64,000 nucleotides of DNA, taken from NCBI GenBank assembly GCA_043228905.1, contig JBHGNT010000001.1:19468001-19532000 (forward strand). The letters run 5' to 3'. The translations under genes were made by a program, and so were the position numbers. This document shows, piece by piece, positions 51,101 through 63,073 of the stretch. Under the pieces are notes generated by a model, which did not search any database, had not been told where the DNA came from, and saw only the letters and a program-made list of their open reading frames with translations. How positions within the stretch are numbered: the first letter of the stretch is position 1; every line of letters begins with the position of its first letter. The stretch comes from Azolla caroliniana (taxonomy: Eukaryota > Plantae > Polypodiophyta).

Positions 51101-54100
51101 CTATAAAACATGTTTAGACTTTAGGTCTACGTGCACTTCGAGGTCCTCGTAGTAAGACTTAAAAAGCCGAAACCACATGGATGGGCACAAAGACATAGTT
51201 TATTGTTAATATTTTTTCGTGTATAAACTATTTGTGACGCGAGCATACATGGTTGAGCCTCAGGGAGCCGCCATGAAAAAATCGATATAGAGATCAAGGA
51301 AAGACATTCATTTGTCACCCCCATGGTTTTTAAAACACCTTTGTGTTACCATAGTTACCTGATCTCATACGTCTAGAGGGGTAATGACATGAGATCATGA
51401 TATAGATCAACGTTTGCCCATGGTATGTTTACATCACGAAATTATGTTTTGACTATTTGTCTGACCCTATCCTATTTCTTTGCCAGACATTATATTCTAA
51501 TGGCTCATAATAACGACCCGATGACATCCACTCAAGGAATTCCTCCTGGGGCAATCCCCATTGAGTCGTATTTTTTACAAATACAAAATTCCATTAATTC
51601 CACCTTGAACGAGATTTCCGAACTTCGGCAATCTCATAATGTTAGGCACATGTCATTAGTATACGTGATACTAATAGACCCGATGAGTGTCAAGGTGAAC
51701 CATCATTTGTCGTAAAGCCATTTACGAGAGAAAAAAATGAAAGAACCGAAGAAGCAAACTTTGTCAAGGTTTTCAAGGGTCAATTTCTACAACCTCCATC
51801 TTGAACCAAGGCAGGACAAGTTTTAATGAACTTCTCTAGCCGAAAGTTTTCCTCGCTAGAAGACAAGGTTCACTATGCTAGAACCCAAATGCAAAAGTCG
51901 GGTCTAGAAGGGGACAATTGGTTGATAGCTTGTTTTATCAATGGCATCCCCAATTCCCATTATCACTAGATAGTGCAAGATAAGGATCCATAATCCTTCG
52001 AAGAGGCCGTTGAAATAGTTCTTCGTTATCAACGCACTTTGAGGAAGGACCATAACAAAACCAAAGAGCCCGAGACTAAGCAGTCGCAATTCGCTGGGAA
52101 ACGCAAGACACCCAACGAATTCATGGATTGCGATTGTAAGTGACAAAATCCTTTTTGCGTGTTCTACAAAAAGAAGGGTCATACAAAAGAACAATGTCGA
52201 AAGCTCCAACGAAAAGAGCACAACAAAACCAAAGTTGTTGACCACAAAGGTCAGATTCTTGATGTCCTTGAGGTTTATACACATCATTAAGTAGTTGTAA
52301 ATGTTCTTTCTCTCACTATGTATTTGGAACCAATGATTTACTATGTACAAACGGGTATATCAATGGATATCCCGTACCGTTCTTATTTGATTTGGGAAGC
52401 TCACATAACGTTGTGAATGATCGTTTGGTTCAGATACCAACAATGAGTGTCTCCATTTTCAGCCAGTTGTCTTGATGACATAAGTGCCAACCTTGGGTAC
52501 CTTCGGAACAATGCCGTGGTTATTATAGGTGTTGCTCCCATCTTTGCCCGGATTATATCGTGGAGCACCGATTCTTTGCTCCTTATCATGCGAGCAATCA
52601 TTGATACCAAAGGTCTCTCTAAATCTTTCCAATGATTTGCCTTGTTAAGACTCGGTCCCCATGTTTCTATTCCATAGAGAAGAGTTGGTGTGACTAGTGT
52701 ATCAAATAAACATAACTTTGTCTGTGGCTCTTGGAACTGCAAATGTGCACATTGTCTCTCCAAAGCACCAGGGGCTGCATATCCACGAGAAAGTCAGGCA
52801 AAGAAAGAGATAGATCAGCTTCTCCAGGTTGACAGCTAGTGAAGAAACAAACCTGGCTTAGTCTGATTGTAGTAGTCTCCAACAAGAATAGGAGCTTCAA
52901 AATGCAGTTTTCTATCGCTCTTCGGGTGACATGCCCACTTAATTATAGCTGTTGAACCCATTGAGGAAGATTTAAGTTTAATGGCCAGCCACATATACAA
53001 GATGGAGTTAGTGAAAGGGAGGGGGTGGAGCTAGTTATTGTGGGGGATTGAGGATTTGGTAGTCTTGTTCCCTCAATAATTCTTACATTATACATATAAT
53101 GTTAGGTTACAAATACTATCCTCTCATGCTCTTACTTTGCAACCAGAAGCTATCATTGGTCTCGAGAAGGTTTATACTGTGTGCCAAGGTCAACAAAACA
53201 GTGCAAGAATATGTGCATACCCGTATATGAATGCATATGCATATAAGCATACAATGTGTATGTGCGCATATCTAGATGCATATTTAAGTTTCTGCATACA
53301 CATGCATATGATACATTACCATATGTGATGCAACATATTTGTGTCCAGAATTATCACCACAGGATATACAGTCTTTGAGGACAGTTGATTACCTTGTAAA
53401 GCATGGTTAGCTTCTGAGATGCCTTGTCAAGGTGAGCTTTCACATGATAATTTGCAATGCCAACTATCGGGGAACCATTTCCAGACTCTTGATTTTTCTC
53501 CAATGCAGTGAGTTCATGAAAATGGGTAGCAAAAAGAGTAGGTGCCCTTGTCACTTCAGTCAAATGTTCACATATGGCCCAAGCCAAACCTGTATAAACC
53601 AAAAAGGAAAAAGTACCACTCATTGCCAAAAACATTAAAAAAAAATAAACACTCTATTTGTCATTCTCTTGGACGTCCTTTTTCATAATTCTTCACTTCC
53701 TGGCATGAGAGATATTGCACCACTATTACAACACTGCATTCAGTTTTTTCAAACAAGATTGTAATAAAATTTTCAGACCTATCTATTTCCTCCAGTCTAT
53801 TTTTGCTTTACGTTGTAAGATCATGCAGCAACCAATCAAAACTACTAGAATAAAGGTCATATCCAGGACTGAATTTACAAAATGGTGCTCCATGCATGTC
53901 TTTTGGGGATGATATTTTCTGCATGCAAATTATCGCATAGATAAACTAATTATTCATGTCTAAATGTACTCGACTCAATGCATTAAGGACTCAAAATTCA
54001 TTGATTTCGAAGTTTAGAAGGTAACCACAAAGACTTAACAAACATTTGCATCAGAATACATACATACATACATACATACATCAATGTGCATTTATTTACA

Positions 54101-57100
54101 TACATTTATATTGGAAGTCTTTATAAACAGATTGCCATTGACTTACCAAATCCATCATAGGTTGATGTACCTCGCCCCAATTCATCAATAATTATCAATG
54201 ATCTATCACTTGATGCTTTCAGAATTGCTGCAGTCTCAAGCATTTCAGCCATAAAAGTTGATATCCCCCGCAGCTGTATAAATAAAGTAAAATGTCCAGG
54301 ATAATTTGATCACCATCTTTAGTACACATTCTACGAAGCAAAATGCATGTTCAAAAGTACAATAATAAATTTTGGTCAAGCATGCACTAGCCACACCCAA
54401 AAAACTGTGAGATATTCAATGTCATGCCAAAACGGAAAACACCAAATGAACAAAAAACATTATGTCACAAACATTATTTACCTGGCAATCCCCTGCACCA
54501 ACCCTTGCAAAAATCGAATCCCGCACACTTATAGTTGCATATTCACATGGGACATAGCATCCTACTTGGGCCATGAGAACATTAACTCCAACCTAGTAAA
54601 AGAGATAATCTCAACAATCACGACAATTGCTAGCAAACTAAAACGTCACTGCAATTTTCAGATTTACATAACCAATAAGTAGATTAAAACCTGGCGTATA
54701 AAAGTAGATTTTCCACCCATGTTAGGGCCTGTTATGATTTGAAACCAGCTTTTGCCTCGAACCTTGATAGAAAAAAGCTAATCATTTAGGATAATCCAAA
54801 TCATAACAAAGAGAATGCTGGTATGCCTAATTAAGAAGTACCAGAAGACAATCATTTGGAATGAAGCTAACAGTGTCTTGGGCTTCTACACATGGATGTC
54901 TGCTTTCTGTCAGTATGATATCCCCTTCATCCTGGATACATATTAAAACTGAGTCAATTATAGTGCAAATGAGCATTTAATGTAGCTAGTTTGAAGAGAT
55001 TTCCTAGTTAACTCGGTATTGACTGACATAAATTTTTCCTTGTTTCAATTCCTTTTTGACATCTCTGATGGACTGGCCAAGGTAGCTAGTAAATAATAAA
55101 AAAAGATACATGATACGTGGAAATTGCTTGAAGCAAAAGTCCAGTCAGTACATGATGACCTGTAGAAGTTACTTAAAAGACCAAGATACACTGCAATAAA
55201 AAGATGAGTACATGGTGATCTGTAGAAATTAATAAAAAGATCAAGTTCATGACAAATCACAATTTTCATGTATGGTTTTTTTTTACTAGGAGACACTGGA
55301 TATATCAGGTCAAACATTCTAGAATGACTTACAAATTTCTTCTATGTTACAAGGGAAGGCTTCTCCTCAAATCAGCCTCTCTACTACCAAGATATGCCTT
55401 ATAAGATGCAGAGAAAATGTGATGCAAATATGGCAAGATAAACGAGGTCTCACTTTTCGCATACCCAACTTTTACAACTCCTCAATGTGACCCATTGATA
55501 AAAACAACCAGCATTGACCTAAACTTGATAATATAGAAACCTACTACATTATTACACATGACCTACCCAATATATGCATGAAAATTGAGATTCAAATATA
55601 AATGCTAACAATCCACATATGTAGCTGAAAAGGCATTCTTGGAAGAAGGATAACCAGCATTGATCTAATCTTGATAATATAAAAACCTATAGCATTACTT
55701 ACTACTCACAAGTACCTGCTCACTACATGAATATGGAGGTTTGAATATAAATGTTAACAATCCATGTAAAGGAAAAGGCATCATTTGAAATCCTACCGAA
55801 GAAGTGATGAGTGGCCTGACATACGGTGCTGGACTGCTAGAAGAGAGATCAGCAAAACTTGAGAGGACATCTAATTCAGCCATCAGATTTCCAACCCCTT
55901 CAAAGACCTGAACAGAGGGGAAAAAACAAATTTATACAACAAAAATATTTCAAAAAACAATATATCGATAAATTAACAGTTTGAGTATAGAAACTCTACG
56001 CATCTGCCAGATAATAACTTTTTTACCTCCAAAAATGTTGAAGTGACCTCCACCACCTTTGCCACAAGTTCACGTTGGGTGGCTGCATAGTCTTCTGTAA
56101 GTTTCATATACTGCTCACTTGCCCTTTTTAGTTTGGCATTAGTAAATTTTATTCCATCTTTGCGTGTCTCAAGAGAGATATAGTTTGCATTGAGTTGTCT
56201 CCTAACTTTAGGTTCTTCTTTCTTAGTGATCCGGAAAACGTGGCCCCATTGAGAAGTCTTATCAATCTTGAGTACTTTATCAATGGCTAAATCCAGCTCA
56301 ACAGCTGCTGTCTGATGTATCTTTTTTATTCTTTCTTCTACGTCATCCCTCTCAGTCTTTATGTTTTGCAAGTTAGAATCATATCCGGCTGAAATAATAT
56401 ATTCACCCATTTGTATTTGTTCAAGATCAACAGCTGCCTCAACAAGACCTTCGAACTTTCCAAGATGATCTGCACTTGTCCAAGTTCTTAAGGAATTCAA
56501 GAAGCGTTCCTTAATCAAGGTATCGCATTCTCCTTCATAATGCTCAAGTATGTCCCTAATGAAAGGAAGCCTAACAGCAGCCTGCATTGCAGAAATGAAA
56601 TATTACAGTATCCAACTGTATTAAAGAAACTCACAACCCAATCCAAAAAAAGGTAATGATGGTAAAAGTTTGAAACTCATATTTTTGACACTAAGAGCTA
56701 TTCACTGCGTATAGCCATTTATTGAATACTTCCTCCTCCCCATCCTATGGATACCTGATAAAGTTTCACAATATCTTGTAGGGAGGCTTTTCTCTTGTCG
56801 ACTTTCCTTATCAGCCTATCAACATCTGGAATTCTTTTCAAATGTTGGCGCATATCTTGCCGAAGAGCTGCATCCTCCACAAAAGCTTGGACAAGATCGA
56901 GTCGATGATTTATCTCGGTGACATCAAGCAATGGCTGTTTGAGCCACTTATTCAACAGTCTCTTGCCCATGCCAGCAGTACATGTCCTGTTCATGAGCCC
57001 AAATAAACTAAAATTTTTATTTCCATCAGCTTTACTCTCAAGAACATTCAGTGCCCGCAGGGCCGCTGCGTCGAGTCTCATGAAAGTGTTTACACTATAA

Positions 57101-59082
57101 GGCTCTAATACAAACTTTCCGTAATTTGAATCATCCGCTAATAATTCTGTGTAAGACAATATAGCACCGAGTGCCCCAGCGGCGATTTCAGATGCAAAAA
57201 CTTGGTCTTTGAGTTGTTCAACCGAACCCTTCACTAATCGGCCCATGTCTTGATCGACATCTTTTATTTTAAATATCATTTTCTTTCTCTTGGTCAAGAG
57301 AACATTGCACCTTGAAAATACATCATTGAGCCTCTCAGTATCTGTAACACTACCACTTTCCTGAGGGGCAACACATTCTTTACAACCAAGTGCAATAATA
57401 GCCGATTCCAGATTCGTATAATGATCATCATCCAAGAACTCCGTTAATCCCATGCTTCTTTTGGTAAGATTCACAAAAGCTAAGCCTACTAATCTTTCCC
57501 TGTCACAAATAGAAACCTGAACCGCAATAGTAGCAGGGGCATCGTGCATATCATTGCTTGCAAACAGAATATCTTCAAAACTCCCTAACTGTCCTGGTGT
57601 TCCCGTCTTTGTCACTTGCCAATTGGACCCACCTCCTTCATATAGTTCTATAATGTGATCGGTTCTCGTAAGTAATAAATCCCTTATAATTGATTCAAAC
57701 ATGCTTTTGCTTATAGAAATACTTGAAAGAGAATCTGAATCATTGTTGCCAAGCTGACGCAATGCTGTCATGGTACGATAATATGTTTTCGCAAGAAAAG
57801 TCGCGTTATCACCATGTGCAGTGTAATAGTCCTAAAGACCAACAAAACCTTCAAATGTTATGAATGAATATATAATGCAAGCATTGCTACAATGATCAGA
57901 TTACAAGATCTGTATTAAAATTATTGACATTTCAATACCAGACAAAACTGAACAAAATAGTAGATACAAAACTGGCGTGCAAGTCGCAACTTGTTTACAA
58001 CATGCAGTGAGCTTATAAAACCTTTGAAATCACATTAAAGCAGTAAATCACAATTTTCTTTACTTCAGTATATGTATGGATTTTAGGCTCTTCGCAAAAG
58101 AAAGATAAGAGAGAATGCCACAATCTTTTAAACATTTCAGAAATTTTTAAGTGTAGTTCTACCCGGTTTATTCCAGAAGAATGCTCTAAGAAATTAATTA
58201 GTTGTAGATCTACCCTGTCAATTCCCAAGTAATGTTCTTTTAAGAACATATTGGATCAGAGATGGTAATACTTATTTTCTAAATGTGCCATATTTAGGCT
58301 CAAAGATATGATTCAGAAAAATGAGCAAATAAATAAATATTCATGGATTTGGATCAATTTTAAATGAATTGGAGCTGATTTTTTTCACCCATTAGGCAAT
58401 GAACCAGTGCATAAGTTTTCAAGTATCGGGCCAGTACATAAATTTTTCATCCATTGGATTACTATGAACAATTCGATAGAAAGATCAGGAGACATTCAAT
58501 AAGAGAAAGATAAACTAAAAATCATTCACCTTCCGGTCAAAGAATCGAACAATCTGTTCATCCTGCATTTTTAACAAGAAAAATAGTATGAGCTATGAAA
58601 AATGCAGGAAAAGGCGCCCAAAAATGCATATTGAAAGTTATGTATGCATGCATGCATGTATACACATAAATATATATACTGAAACAACAAATTCAAGATC
58701 TTTTTACCTCTGTAAGCTTACGGAAAAAACTAATGAATCCTCTTACTTGTTTAGCATCTGCAAATAAGCAAAAAAATCATGCATTTTGCAGATATCAGAC
58801 TAGCAAGAAAGACGAACTAGCTCTACACAACTATCTAGATATAAATGCATGCAATATATAAATTATTATGAAAACGAGAATTATTTATGTTTTATGCACA
58901 TACATCGTGTATACATATACAAGCATATAATGTAACCCTAAAACTTATATATATAGTGCTGTATTTAGAATACATACATACATGTGTGTGTGTGTGTGTG
59001 TGTACACAATACCTAGCTTGAGGTCAGGGAGCTTGGAAGATTCGTCGATTTGATCAGTGGGTTCGTCTGCTGGAGGCGCCAT
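44979..59082 (-). CDS. MSH2: DNA mismatch repair protein MSH2 (MutS homolog 2), 13 exons, 948 aa
   Basis: Hand-spliced GT-AG exons give 2847 nt in one frame: [37 protein letters not shown], Walker [22 protein letters not shown], Walker [37 protein letters not shown]-stop. Confidence 0.97.
45316..45468 (-). CDS. MSH2: MSH2 exon 12
   Basis: [38 protein letters not shown]. Confidence 0.92.
45849..45992. repeat. Three tandem 48-bp units
   Basis: CATAGGATATGATCTTAC...CTACAGTTC at 45849, 45897 and 45945. Confidence 0.85.
46030..46900 (-). mobile_element. Highly decayed Ty3/gypsy integrase remnant in MSH2 intron 11
   Basis: [15 protein letters not shown]-like peptide on the minus strand. Confidence 0.5.
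46960..48112 (-). mobile_element. Patchwork of copia fragments (RT start and IN C-terminus on minus; gag zinc knuckle on plus at ~47430-47700)
   Basis: [30 protein letters not shown]; plus-strand [12 protein letters not shown]; 46960-47290 is paralogous to 49780-50090. Confidence 0.75.
48126..50145 (-). mobile_element. 3' half of a copia element (RT, RNase H, PPT, 3' LTR ~48126-48350) in MSH2 intron 11, co-oriented with MSH2
   Basis: [41 protein letters not shown]; PPT GGTGGGAGGT then TGTTGGG at 48350. Confidence 0.88.
50153..52270 (+). mobile_element. Decayed gypsy-like LTR/leader and gag remnant
   Basis: TGTTACG start; gag-like peptide from 51499; degenerate knuckle [14 protein letters not shown] at ~52158-52200. 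Confidence 0.45.
52401..52790 (-). mobile_element. LINE (RTE-like) ORF2 C-terminal fragment
   Basis: [22 protein letters not shown] matches the post-RT motif of RTE/L2-type LINEs. Confidence 0.7.
53393..53589 (-). CDS. MSH2: MSH2 exon 11
   Basis: [27 protein letters not shown]. Confidence 0.95.
54147..54273 (-). CDS. MSH2: MSH2 exon 10 (Walker B)
   Basis: [14 protein letters not shown]...[16 protein letters not shown]. Confidence 0.95.
54482..54592 (-). CDS. MSH2: MSH2 exon 9
   Basis: [16 protein letters not shown]...[11 protein letters not shown]. Confidence 0.95.
54691..54762 (-). CDS. MSH2: MSH2 exon 8 (Walker A)
   Basis: [24 protein letters not shown]. Confidence 0.95.
54842..54931 (-). 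CDS. MSH2: MSH2 exon 7
   Basis: [27 protein letters not shown]. Confidence 0.92.
55797..55907 (-). CDS. MSH2: MSH2 exon 6
   Basis: [21 protein letters not shown]...RPLITSS. Confidence 0.92.
56027..56581 (-). CDS. MSH2: MSH2 exon 5
   Basis: AAVRLPFI...TSTFLE, 555 nt. Confidence 0.95.
56755..57831 (-). CDS. MSH2: MSH2 exon 4
   Basis: DYYTAHGDN...DIVKLYQ, 1077 nt. Confidence 0.95.
58530..58562 (-). CDS. MSH2: MSH2 exon 3
   Basis: [15 protein letters not shown]. Confidence 0.9.
58708..58757 (-). CDS. MSH2: MSH2 exon 2
   Basis: [21 protein letters not shown]. Confidence 0.9.
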
Positions 59083-59227
59083 GGCTGGATAGAATCAAAG
59101 ACGGAGAAGACACGAAAGGCGAGGAGAAAAAGAAGGAAGTGCATGCATGTTTGTTTGTTTGTTTGTTTGTTGGCGGGAGCAGAGAGTAGAGAGTAGAGTA
59201 TGAATGTATGTATGTATGTAAAAGAAG

Positions 59228-59265
<38 letters not shown>

Positions 59266-59539
59266 AGCGCAGTGTGGTTGGTAACTTACTTGGTGGTGTC
59301 CCAACCCAAAAAAGAGTGAAAGTCCCGAATGGAACGCCAGAACGGACTGAAGAAGAAGTCCCAAAACGAAAGGAGTTGGGAGAAGGAGGAGTCCGTCCCC
59401 ATGGAGCATATATATTGATATAATTAAGAAGGAGTTTGGAAGAAGGAGTTTGGGACGGTTCCACGAAGAGAGAACCAGTCCCAATCCCAATCCCAATTAG
59501 TTTGGCCCAAAGAAGAAGAAGAAGAAGAAGAAGAAGAAG
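58983..59539. repeat. Microsatellite cluster at the MSH2 5' end: (GT)n 58983-59003, (TTTG)n ~59147-59171, (ATGT)n ~59204-59220, (GA)n ~59231-59262, (AAG)n ~59510-59539
   Basis: Visible simple repeats. Confidence 0.9.
59013..59082 (-). CDS. MSH2: MSH2 exon 1
   Basis: [25 protein letters not shown] donor. Confidence 0.85.
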
Positions 59540-59666
59540 GGGTTAGATCCACCCACCCTTGGGTTGGGGTTACCCATCCCAACCTAAGTTGGAACTAACT
59601 CAGGAAATACCCAAAACCAGACCCTGCTACAGAAATACCAACGTTCAGCCACACGAGGGGGGCCCA
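59504..59666 (-). promoter_or_regulatory. Putative MSH2 promoter site II (TCP) motifs
   Basis: TGGGCC on the minus strand at 59504-59509 and 59661-59666; near-E2F TTGGCGGGA at ~59170; short motifs, may be chance. Confidence 0.3.
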
Positions 59667-59858
59667 ATAGCCACATCGTTGCCTAACGCTAAGGGAGCCC
59701 AACATCCACCCCTTGGCCTATAGATGGAGGAGTTTCTCCTCATTTTTTATCATTCCCTGATTTACAAATGCTCTCCTGCCACTCTCATTAATTATAGTAG
59801 CTCTAAGGAGCTTGTAACTAATCATCTTGTTAATCATGCTTCCTCCACACCAGGTTTC

Positions 59859-60114
59859 GGGTTTGTTTCAAGACCCCCCATGTTTTAGGCACATTATGCG
59901 CATAGTGTTATATGTATGTATGTATGTATGTGTTGAGTGACAAGCTCAACATGAGTCGAATCGACTAGAGGCTGAAAGGCCGAGTTGGCTGAAGAAATCG
60001 AACATCGGATCAGTTGTAGGAGCCGAATGCCAAATCGGCTGCCGACAAGCTGTGTACGGCGAATGGGTTTGTTTCAAGACCCCCCATGTTTTAGGCACAT
60101 CATGCGCATAGTGT

Positions 60115-60146
<32 letters not shown>

Positions 60147-60298
60147 CGTATGTATGTATGTATGTGTTGAGTGACAAGCTCAACATGAGTCGAATCGACT
60201 AGAGGCTGAAAGGCCAAGTTGGTTAAAGAAGCCGAACGTCGGATTAGCTGTAGGAGCCAAAAGCCAGATCGGCTGCCGACGGGCTGTGTACGGCGGAT
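59859..60298. repeat. Tandem duplication (206 and 234 bp) spanning a flank/(TATG)n/LTR junction
   Basis: GGGTTTGTTTCAAGACCCCCC at 59859 and 60065; length difference equals 7 TATG units. Confidence 0.9.
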
Positions 60299-60635
60299 GG
60301 GTTGGGAGCCGACAGGCTGTTAGGGCCTACATTCCTATTTTAGTAATAGGAATATAATAGGCTATTTAGTGTCAGAGCTCATAAGTGAGCATTAAAGTAC
60401 TAGTTAGTACTTGTGTCATCCCACTATCAGGGGCTAGTATATAAAGTGCTCTGTGTTGATAATAAAATGTAGAAGAAGATGTGAGGACCTGCAAGGTAAG
60501 ATGTGTACATTAAACAACACAAATATGTAACAACAAAAAGGAGAAAGGTAGACGATAGACACGTATTTAGCTTCAATGGAAGTTCTTTCTTATTCTCTTC
60601 TTTGTAACTCTTTTTACTCCAAGATATCATTTACA
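60165..60635 (+). mobile_element. LTR of the A/F copia family, no TSD
   Basis: TGTTGAGTGACAAGCTCAAC...TTTACA; partial duplicate from 59931. Confidence 0.75.
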
Positions 60636-61260
60636 ATGTTAGGTTTGAGCTCATATACTCAAGCCCTAACTAGAGAATGTGTTCACACTAAGGATACAAA
60701 GTGGAAGGAGTCCGAAGCCAGCCTTTTATGCCAACAAACTACCTCGTAAAAGGGGCTACTCTTTCCTATGTATACAAGTAATTGGGGTTATCTCCCCTGT
60801 GAAGCTAGATTACAAATCTAATATATAGTTACAAGTATACATTCAAGATTGTTGGCATTTGGCCAAACTTGCAAAGGTAAAGTCGGGCTCTAGCCTAATT
60901 CGGCTATTTATCCGGGTCGGCTTGTTTGAGTCAGTCGGATCGACTGGTTTGGATCAAATTTCGTCCGAATTGGCTCATTTGTTCGGATCGGCTCGTGTCC
61001 GATTCCAACTCTCGGCCTCTAGTCGATCATTTGCTTCCTGCTCACACTTGTTCCTGTGCTCCTCACTGGATCCTCGATATGTCTTCCGGTTCGTTCACCC
61101 CTCGATCGTCTCTTCTCCAGTCGGTATCCTCGCTTAGTGTCGTGTCTTCAGCATTTCGGTATTTTGATTCTTTGGATTTTGCCTTTTCAGCTCGTCCGAT
61201 CGGAATGGTCTTTGACTTTCCTTCTACTAATGTTCGTCCGACAAAAACATTTGCGTGGGA
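60632..61260 (-). mobile_element. Remnant of a C-family copia (truncated 3' LTR, PPT, internal fragments)
   Basis: Reverse complement of 60632-60830 matches 23215-23395. Confidence 0.75.
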
Positions 61261-61269
61261 CCAAGGATG

Positions 61270-61690
61270 ACAAAATGAGCAAAACTCTGGTGGATATCAT
61301 TGTGTATGACTATACACTAACAAAAGTTTGACATTTAAGGAAGTCAACGATAGACATAATAAAAGAGAAATTACCAAGTCTAGAAGGTGTCTTAGATTGA
61401 AGGCGAACTTGATTTAGTGCACATAATTTGGAGACTCCATTTGGTTTTAGATAATGACAATGCTCTGATCGGTACATTTGAAAATGAGGAGGAAGAGTCA
61501 CGATTGTATATTAGCTATAGTTGTGACTCTTATGAAAGTAGTGATCACAATGATGCAAATAACTCCTAAATGTATATTTTGTGCAACGATATGTAACAGA
61601 TTTACACAACATTTTATCGAATGATATAAAATGGTTGATTGTTTTGAAATTGTAAAGAATCAATGGCGATTCTTGTGCAACGGAATAGGT
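61270..61690 (+). mobile_element. DNA transposon D4, 3' fragment (D1 subfamily)
   Basis: VDIIVYDYTLTKV.HLRKSTIDIIKEKLPSLEG is nearly identical to the D1 peptide. Confidence 0.75.
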
Positions 61691-61700
61691 TAGAGATGTG

Positions 61701-63073
61701 TGTTATGTGTGTGAGAGAGAGAGAGAGAGGGGAGAGGAGAGGAAAGAAACACAAGATAGATAGAATGGACAATAGACAATACTCAAGAAGATTGTATATT
61801 ACAAAGGAGATTAACCAACATGTTACAAAGTAGGAGGAGAGTGCTTTATATAGTATCTCTCTCTCTTCATTAACTACCAAAGCTCATGAGTCATGGGGAA
61901 TGTGGAAACTCATTAGTTATGTCATAGAATATGATTCTATGATACATAGTTAATGTGTAGAGAGTAGTGGTGTGACTTTTGACCTTTGAGTGTTCATACA
62001 CTCTCAAGGGTGTGTTCACACATTAGACTAGGTTGAGCTTGATTCTCAACAAGCCCCATCAAGCTCAACTTTGGTCGGCTTATCCACTTCGGCTGGTACC
62101 CGGTTTAGACGGTATTCGGTTCTCTCTTGTTTGGTGTTTGTTTCGGCTGATACCCGGTTCAGCGTACTCCCCCTCAAGCTTGGCAAGTTAGGGATCGTCA
62201 ATCCAATGTTTGACATGAATTGTCGAAGCTTGTCAACTCTTAGGGCTTTTGTGAAGATGTCGGTTGTCTAAAGATTCGTGCTGACGTGTTGAAGGTCGAC
62301 ATCTCCAACCTAAATGCGCTCTCGAATGAAGTGATAGTCCACTTCGATATGCTTCGTGCGTGCGTGGAACATGGGGTTCTGAGCCAAATGAATATTGCTC
62401 ATGTTGTCGCAGTAAAGGGGAATCAGATCTTTGATGGGAACACCCAGATCCTTCAATATCCTCTTGAGCCATATGGCTTCACATGCAACCACCACCACAC
62501 CCCTGTATTCGGCCTCTGTGCTCGAAAGAGAGAGGGTTGGTTGCTTCTGGCTACTCCAGGAGATGGCTCCACTTTCGAGGGAGAAGACAAAACCAGAGGT
62601 TGATCGTCAATCGGCTTCGTCGCTGCCTAGTCGGCATCTGTGTACCCTTCGAGTTGAATTGGCGTGGCCAACTTATAGAGTCATGCAGTTTGCATAATTT
62701 GGCTAAGGAGGCCGACTGCATAACTGAGGTCGGGTCGAGTGATCGTGAGATAGATGAGGCTCTCGATTAGTTGTCAGTACTGAGTCGACTCACATTCTTT
62801 TGTGCCAGAGTTGGCATCCAATTTGAGGTTTCAATCGAGAGGGGTTGCCACATATTTACACTCAGTCATTCCGAACTTGTATAACAAGTTGAGGATGTAG
62901 TGCCGTTGGGAGATCATAATACCGACTGGAGTCCGAATTACCTCGATGCCAAGGAAGTAATGGAGCTCCTTCATGTCCGTCATCTCGAATTTGTTGGAGA
63001 GAAGGGACTTCACCTTGTTGATGTCGACTAGACTTTCACCTCCAATGACCAGATCATCCACATATAGGATGAT
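61701..63073 (-). mobile_element. Copia element I, 3' part (RT end, RNase H, 3' LTR ~61701-62051)
   Basis: [30 protein letters not shown]; LTR starts TGTTGAGAATCAAGCTCAAC on the minus strand. Confidence 0.8.

Noticed and set aside
55500-55790. Imperfect ~140-bp duplication in MSH2 intron 6
   Set aside because: Old intronic duplication containing no exon; no evident function.
59054-59496. 133-136 aa ORFs upstream of MSH2
   Set aside because: Open only because of microsatellites; low-complexity translations.
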